From NCBI GenBank assembly GCA_002269645.1, contig NIVC01003679.1, positions 19,187-83,186 of the forward strand: DNA of 64,000 nt, written 5' to 3'. The notes beneath the pieces are model-generated. The model made no database searches, was not told where the DNA came from, and saw only the letters and a list, made by a program, of their open reading frames with translations. The first letter of the stretch is position 1, and each line of letters begins with the position of its first letter. A program made the translations under genes and the position numbers. Below are positions 58,511-64,000 of the stretch, piece after piece. The DNA is from Macrostomum lignano. Taxonomy: Eukaryota.

Positions 58511-61399
58511 TTAATCTGAGTCACTGGAACCGCCACCTGATTTTGAATTTGGCTTTGATGCCGACTTCCGAGAGCCTGATTTGAAGCTATCACCGGATGA
58601 CTGCCTAGATCGGTCATCTCGAGACTTGGCAGACTGTCTTTTAATTTTAACTTGATGCTGACCATGAGCGTCCTTCTGTTTCACATCGGCCTGTACTTGA
58701 TTCCGCTTTTGTGAATCATCCCCAGCATTGAATTGAAGTTGGATGCCACCTGAGGCATGCGATTTCTCATCCGATTGCTGATTTGCTGGTACCACCACTG
58801 GCCGTTCAACTTGCACAGCACCTGGCTGTACAGAAACAAAAACACCTGGTTGCCCAGCGGGTACAACATGTGGTTCCTGACTTTGCGGTGCTTCAACTGG
58901 TTTTTCCTCAAGATGTGGATCTTTTTCAGCTGGTGGTTCTTCGTCAGCTGGTGGTTCTTCAGCTGGTGGTTCTTCAGCTGGTGGTTCTTCAGCCGGTGGT
59001 TCTTCAGCTGGTGGTTCTTCAGCTGGTGGTTCTTCAGCTGGTGGTTCTTCAGCTGGTGGTTCTTCAGCTGGTGGTTCTTCTTCAGCTGGTGGTTCTTCAG
59101 CTGGTGGTTCTTCAGCTGGTGGTTCTTCAGCTGGTGGTTCTTCAGCTGGTGGTTCTTCAGCTGGTGGTTCTTCAGCTGGTGGTTCTTCAGCTGGTGGTTC
59201 TTCAGCTGGTGGTTCTTCAGCTGGTGGTTCTTCAGCTGGTGGTTCTTGGGCTGGTGGCTCTTCAGCCGGTGGCTCTTCAGCTGGCGGCTCTTCAGCAGGA
59301 GGTTCCTCAATGGGTGGTTCTTCTTCAGCTGATGGTTCCTCCACTGGAGCTTCACCTATAGTCGCGGCATCAGCTCCTTCAGCTCCACCAGACCTAGAGA
59401 TTGAAACTGCAGCTGCTCCAGCCCCCTTCCTTCCATTCCCGCGACTTTTCTCTTTGTCTGGTTGGTCTGGATGCTCAGGATGCTCAGGGTGCTCAGGATG
59501 TTCCGGGTGTGCTGGATGCCTGCAAAAGAGCGTACTCGTACTTTAAACTACAAGTATAAAGCCATGGTCACTTTTCAAAAAATAAATTTCTATTAAAATC
59601 TCACCCTTTCCGTTGCATCTCTTCTTTTGTAGTCTGAATCAGCTGATTGATGTCAGTTAAAAGAATCGCGGCAAACTCTGAAGAGAAATCAATTGAATGC
59701 ACAAACTAGACCAGCCTATATTCTTACTCGAACTTTTATTTTGCGTACAAATGCAATGCAAGCAAGGTGTTCTTGCGCACTAAAATTCACCTTCATAGTC
59801 GATACGGCCGTCTCCGTTCTTGTCCACAGCGCTGAGCAGTTCGTCGAACTCCTCCTCGGAAAGCTCCACCGGCCCCATGCTGTAGATGGCGTCGCGCAGC
59901 TCCTCCCGGTCCAAGTAGCCGCTCTGGTCTTTGTCAAACACCTGGAAGCTGCTCACCAGCTGCTGGCGCACGTCCGCCTCCGGCTTGCAAAGACGCGACA
60001 TCAGCGAGGCGAATTCCACAAATTCCACGCTGCCGCTGGCGTCCGTGTCGCTCTCCGACAGCATCTGCTGGATTTCCTCCTGGCTTTCCGGTGCCTGGTG
60101 GAAGTCATGGATTGTTGGCGTTGGTTGGTCAGGTTTTCGGGGACAACTTCAGACAGAAGAGAGAGAATTACGAATATCCGTAACCTGAGCACACCCACAC
60201 GCTAGGCTACGAGCATAGGTAAGCTCCAACTGCACTCTCACCTGGCCTGAAACCTGCAGACAACTGTAAAGCTCTCCGGCATCGATGCTGTTGGATCTAT
60301 CCGCGTCGAATAGCTTGAATGTACGATAGTACTTCTTCGCTTCCTCCGCCGACACGCCCGCTGCTGAAAGCGCCTCGTGGTAGTGCTCCGGCACTTCAAA
60401 GCTGTTCGTCCCTTCCTGGAAGCGGATTCGCGTCGGCCTACGCTGGGTCTCCTCCTCCGGCAGCGGCTCGATCTCCAGCTGGGCGTTCAGCTCGTCGATG
60501 CGCGCCCGGGTGACCTCGTAGTCCGGGGCGGCTCTGCGGTCGGGCGGGGTGAGGGGAGAATTGATGGCGATGTGGAGCTTCACTTTTAATCCCTAGTGTT
60601 TTTACTTTTCCTAATTTCCTTTAATAAAATTATAATAAAATCATAAAATCATATCTAATCTTCGTTTTGTTATCGCTATGATCCTGCTTGACCTCCTGTT
60701 CCCATCACCTTTCTCACCTGCTTCTTCAGCTGCTTCTTCGGCTGCTTCAGCTGCTTCTTCAGCTGCTTCAGCTGCTTCTTCAGCTGCTTCTTCAGCTGCT
60801 TCAGCTGCTTCTTCGGCTGCTTCACCTGCTTCTTCAGCTGCTTCAGCTGCTTCAGCTGCTTCTTCAGCTGCTTCAGCTGCTTCACCTGTTTCTTCAGCTG
60901 CTTCTTCAGCTGCTTCACCTGCTTCTTCAGCTGCTTCTTCGGCTGCTTCTTTAGCCGCTTCACCTGCTTCTTCACCTGCTTCTTCAGCTGCTTCTTCGGC
61001 TGCTTCATCTGCTTCTTCAGCTGCTTCTTCGGCTATTTCACCTGCTTCTTCAGCCGCTTCACCTGCTTCTTCAGCTGCTTCTTCAGCTGCTTTATCTGCT
61101 TCTTCTGCTGCTTCAGCTGCTTCTTCAGCTGCTTCACCTGTTTCTTCAGCTGCTTCTTCAGCTGCTTCACCTGTTTCTTCAGCTGCTTCTTCAGCTGCTT
61201 CACCTGTTTCTTCAGCTGCTTCTTCAGCTGCTTCACCTGTTTCTTCAGCTGCTTCTTCAGCTGCTTCACCTGTTTCTTCAGCTGATTCTTCAGCTGCTTC
61301 AGCTGCTTCATCTGCTGCTTCACCCGCTTCTTCGGCTGCTCCTTCGGTTGCTTCTTCAACTGCTGTTTCTTGAGCAGCTTCCACTGCTTCTCCGTCCAT
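58511..61399 (-). CDS. 802-aa acidic chimeric protein: E/A repeat, CCDC181-derived segment, calmodulin-like four-EF-hand domain, (EEPPA)n tail
   Basis: Exons 61399-60718, 60582-60242, 60094-59791, 59677-59605 and 59519-58511 total 2409 nt and give one open frame through GT..AG junctions. EF loops DADRSNSIDAGE, DTDASGSVEFVE, DKDQSGYLDREE and DKNGDGRIDYEE. Confidence 0.85.
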
Positions 61400-62011
61400 T
61401 TTGCCCAGTTATATGTTGACCTTGATTCTCAGTGACTTTTTCAAAAGCCTCGCCGCTAGCTTTCAGTTTAATCTACTCGAAACAGTTTCTCGTTTCGATG
61501 AAGTTGAGCTTGAAGTTGAGTAGGCAAAAATACTCGGACTAAGACTTAGAGTAAGTGATAGAAAGGTGTAGAAAAAGATCGGAGAGAGACCCGTTGCTAA
61601 GTAGACATTTTCATTTTCTATAGAGTGCCTTAACAGGCTGCCCGCCGAATAGCAGTGCAGCAGCAGCTCTTGTACAATGCGTTCGCCCTCAGCTGCCGCC
61701 AGTGTGCCACTTGCAGAGCAAGAGCGAGTGAGAAATTGCTAGCAGTAGCTTAGCACTTTGGCCAGTAGGGAGCCCGCCAACTGTGCCACAGTTCTGACAC
61801 TATAGGGGGAAAGACAGACAGGCAGACAGAGCTGTCGGCGCGCAGCTTGGCAGTTTTTAGTGGAATTATCATTTTCTAGAGCTTTTAACAATGCGCGTTC
61901 TTATTTAGCATTTTGCATTACAATGTACGGTGTAAAAAAACTTCATGAATTTAGAACGAGTCGATGAGCATTGATGAGCATGAGTCGAAGTTACTCGTGA
62001 TTACCCCAAAT

Positions 62012-62737
62012 TCACTGCTGATTGCCTCGACGATTCCTACTACGCGACGCTGTTGGCAGCGCTGGAAGGCCGACAGTTTTCATCGGCTGGTCGGGAGCGC
62101 TCGGCAGGTCCACGATAACCGCGGCGGGGGCGGCGGTCACTCGGCCGTGGCCGCAGCTGTAGCGCGAGTAGAGCTGCTGACGGATTCTCGGTCCGGTGCG
62201 GCTGAACAGCTCCCAGCCGGTGAGCTGCTGCTGTTGCTGGGGCTTAGCAATCCGGACAGATAGGTCGTCTTTCTGTTGCGCCGCCTGCACCACGCGGCCC
62301 AGGTTCTGCCTCAGCAGATGCCAGCGTCGGCGGGCTCGAAGCTGCTGATACCTGAGCTGCTGCTGCTGCACTCCGGGACTCTTCTTAACGCTGCAGCTCT
62401 CCGTGCCATCCGGACCCGTCGATGCCGTCGCCGCCGTCGCCGCTGCCTCCGGCGCCTCTGCAGCCTCCTGCCGCTTGGCCCGCAGGCGAGTTTCAATCAG
62501 AGCGCTTCGGAAATTCCGGCTAAAGTTCTGCCAGAGGACGCTGCCGCCGGTGCCGACGCCGCTGCCAGCCGCTCCGAAATCCTCCGACGGTTTACTGATC
62601 CCATTGTCAATGGCCGAGCTCTGCTGCTGTTCAGGCAGCTCTAGCAGCCGATGCAGTTGGTGGTGCTGCCGCCACTGATGATGATTCGGCTTTCTGCCAT
62701 GCCCAGCAGAGCTCAGCCGCAGATGCTGCTGTTGCAT
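62012..62737 (-). CDS. Uncharacterised 241-aa Q/A-rich protein (single ORF)
   Basis: ATG-initiated GC-rich ORF with composition like the neighbouring genes; no family recognised. Confidence 0.55.
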   Translation of the reverse strand: MQQQHLRLSSAGHGRKPNHHQWRQHHQLHRLLELPEQQQSSAIDNGISKPSEDFGAAGSGVGTGGSVLWQNFSRNFRSALIETRLRAKRQEAAEAPEAAATAATASTGPDGTESCSVKKSPGVQQQQLRYQQLRARRRWHLLRQNLGRVVQAAQQKDDLSVRIAKPQQQQQLTGWELFSRTGPRIRQQLYSRYSCGHGRVTAAPAAVIVDLPSAPDQPMKTVGLPALPTASRSRNRRGNQQ

Positions 62738-63364
62738 GCTGGCTATATGGACACTGCGGCAAGCCGAGAAGGCGATGAAAGATTAATTTGACTGGCGAGT
62801 TGAATAAGCGCTGGCGCGCAGGTACATGTACCGCTTATTACTGTACAAACTCTGACATTATCGCTGCAGATGACGCTTCTCACAATCGCGAATGCATGTA
62901 TTTATCGATGGAAGGAATAGCTAAGTTAAAATATATATGCTAACCATAATATGTATACACAGAAATATATATTGTATTGTACTGAATGTTGCTATAGAAA
63001 CGCCAGCTCACGGTGCGTTTGTTGCATGGGCGCGCGTGTAGCAACTGAAAAACCTGACACAGGTGTGAGAGATTATTAATTACAGCAGACTGCAAACTCA
63101 CGTGACCTGCGACCCGCTGCATGTGCAAGCATTGCAGGCATTAAATATTAACAGACAAAGGATTACAGTTGGAAGGCTGGTTGGTGAGTTCCGCATGCGC
63201 AGACTAACTCGTAAATAGCTGGACGCCATGTGGAGAATTCATGATGAGAAGTCATGGCCAATGCGACTCAGGGCAGGCGGATGCAGGAATTAACGGCTTA
63301 GATCAGATCTCGGCCCGGATTTGAGAATTCTGCGTTGGGAAACCCCCAAAACACAGTCAGACAT

Positions 63365-64000
63365 TCGGAATACGGAGACTCAGGATTGTGAGATTCGGAA
63401 ATTCAGGATTGTAGGATTCGGAAACTCGGGATTGTACTCGTAGGATTCGGAAACTCGGGATTGTGGGATTCGGAAACTCGGGATTGTAGGATTCGGAAAC
63501 TCAGGATTGTAGGATTCGGAAACTCGGGATTGTGGGATTCGGAAACTCAGGATTGTAGGATTCGGAAACTCAGGATTGTAGGATTCGGAAATTCAGGATT
63601 GTAGGATTCGGAAATTCAGGATTGTAGGATTCGGAAATTCAGGATTGTAGGATTCGGAAATTCAGGATTGTAGGATTCGGAAATTCAGGATTGTAGGATT
63701 CGGAAATTCAGGATTGTAGGATTCGGAAACTCAGGATTGTGAGATTCGGAAATTCAGGATTGTAGGATTCGGAAATTCAGGATTGTGGGATTCGGAATTC
63801 AGGATTGTAGGATTCGGAAATTCAGGATTGTGGATTTGAAATTCAGGATTGTGGGATTTGGAAATTCAGAATTTTACATGTCTGATTCAGAAATTCTGGA
63901 TTGCAGGATTCGAAATTCATGATTGCAGTACTGCTGATTGCAGGATTGTAGGATTGGAAATTCGGATTTAGGATTCGGAAATTAAGGATCGTATAATTCG
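63365..64000 (+). repeat. 23-bp minisatellite (GGATTGTAGGATTCGGAAATTCA)n, running off the right edge
   Basis: About 25 copies. Confidence 0.92.

Overview
This is eukaryotic (metazoan) genomic DNA, not prokaryotic. GC-rich spliced exons sit among AT-rich, CpG-poor spacers, and almost every intron holds its own minisatellite. This style suggests a free-living flatworm such as Macrostomum (inference only). All host genes I could support are on the minus strand: SAS-6 (3' end outside the window), a secreted C-type lectin/PAN protein, TM2D3, MRAS, two intronless alkaline phosphatases, a WD40 protein, CCDC181, an 802-aa acidic four-EF-hand chimera that carries a copied piece of CCDC181, and an orphan ORF. 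Mobile elements are a decayed Ty3/gypsy element plus a third solo LTR inside a TM2D3 intron, a full-length APE-RT-RNaseH LINE inside an MRAS intron, a 5'-truncated RTE-like LINE, a tRNA-derived SINE, Tc1- and hAT-type MITEs, and a Crypton-like tyrosine recombinase remnant. The best leads are: (1) an HDV-like ribozyme fold whose G1 is exactly the first base of the LINE; (2) the CCDC181/calmodulin-like chimeric gene; (3) a TM2D3 gene with no in-frame ATG that may get its start codon from a trans-spliced leader. Several 1-nt homopolymer indels may be assembly errors. All coordinates and folds were worked out by hand.
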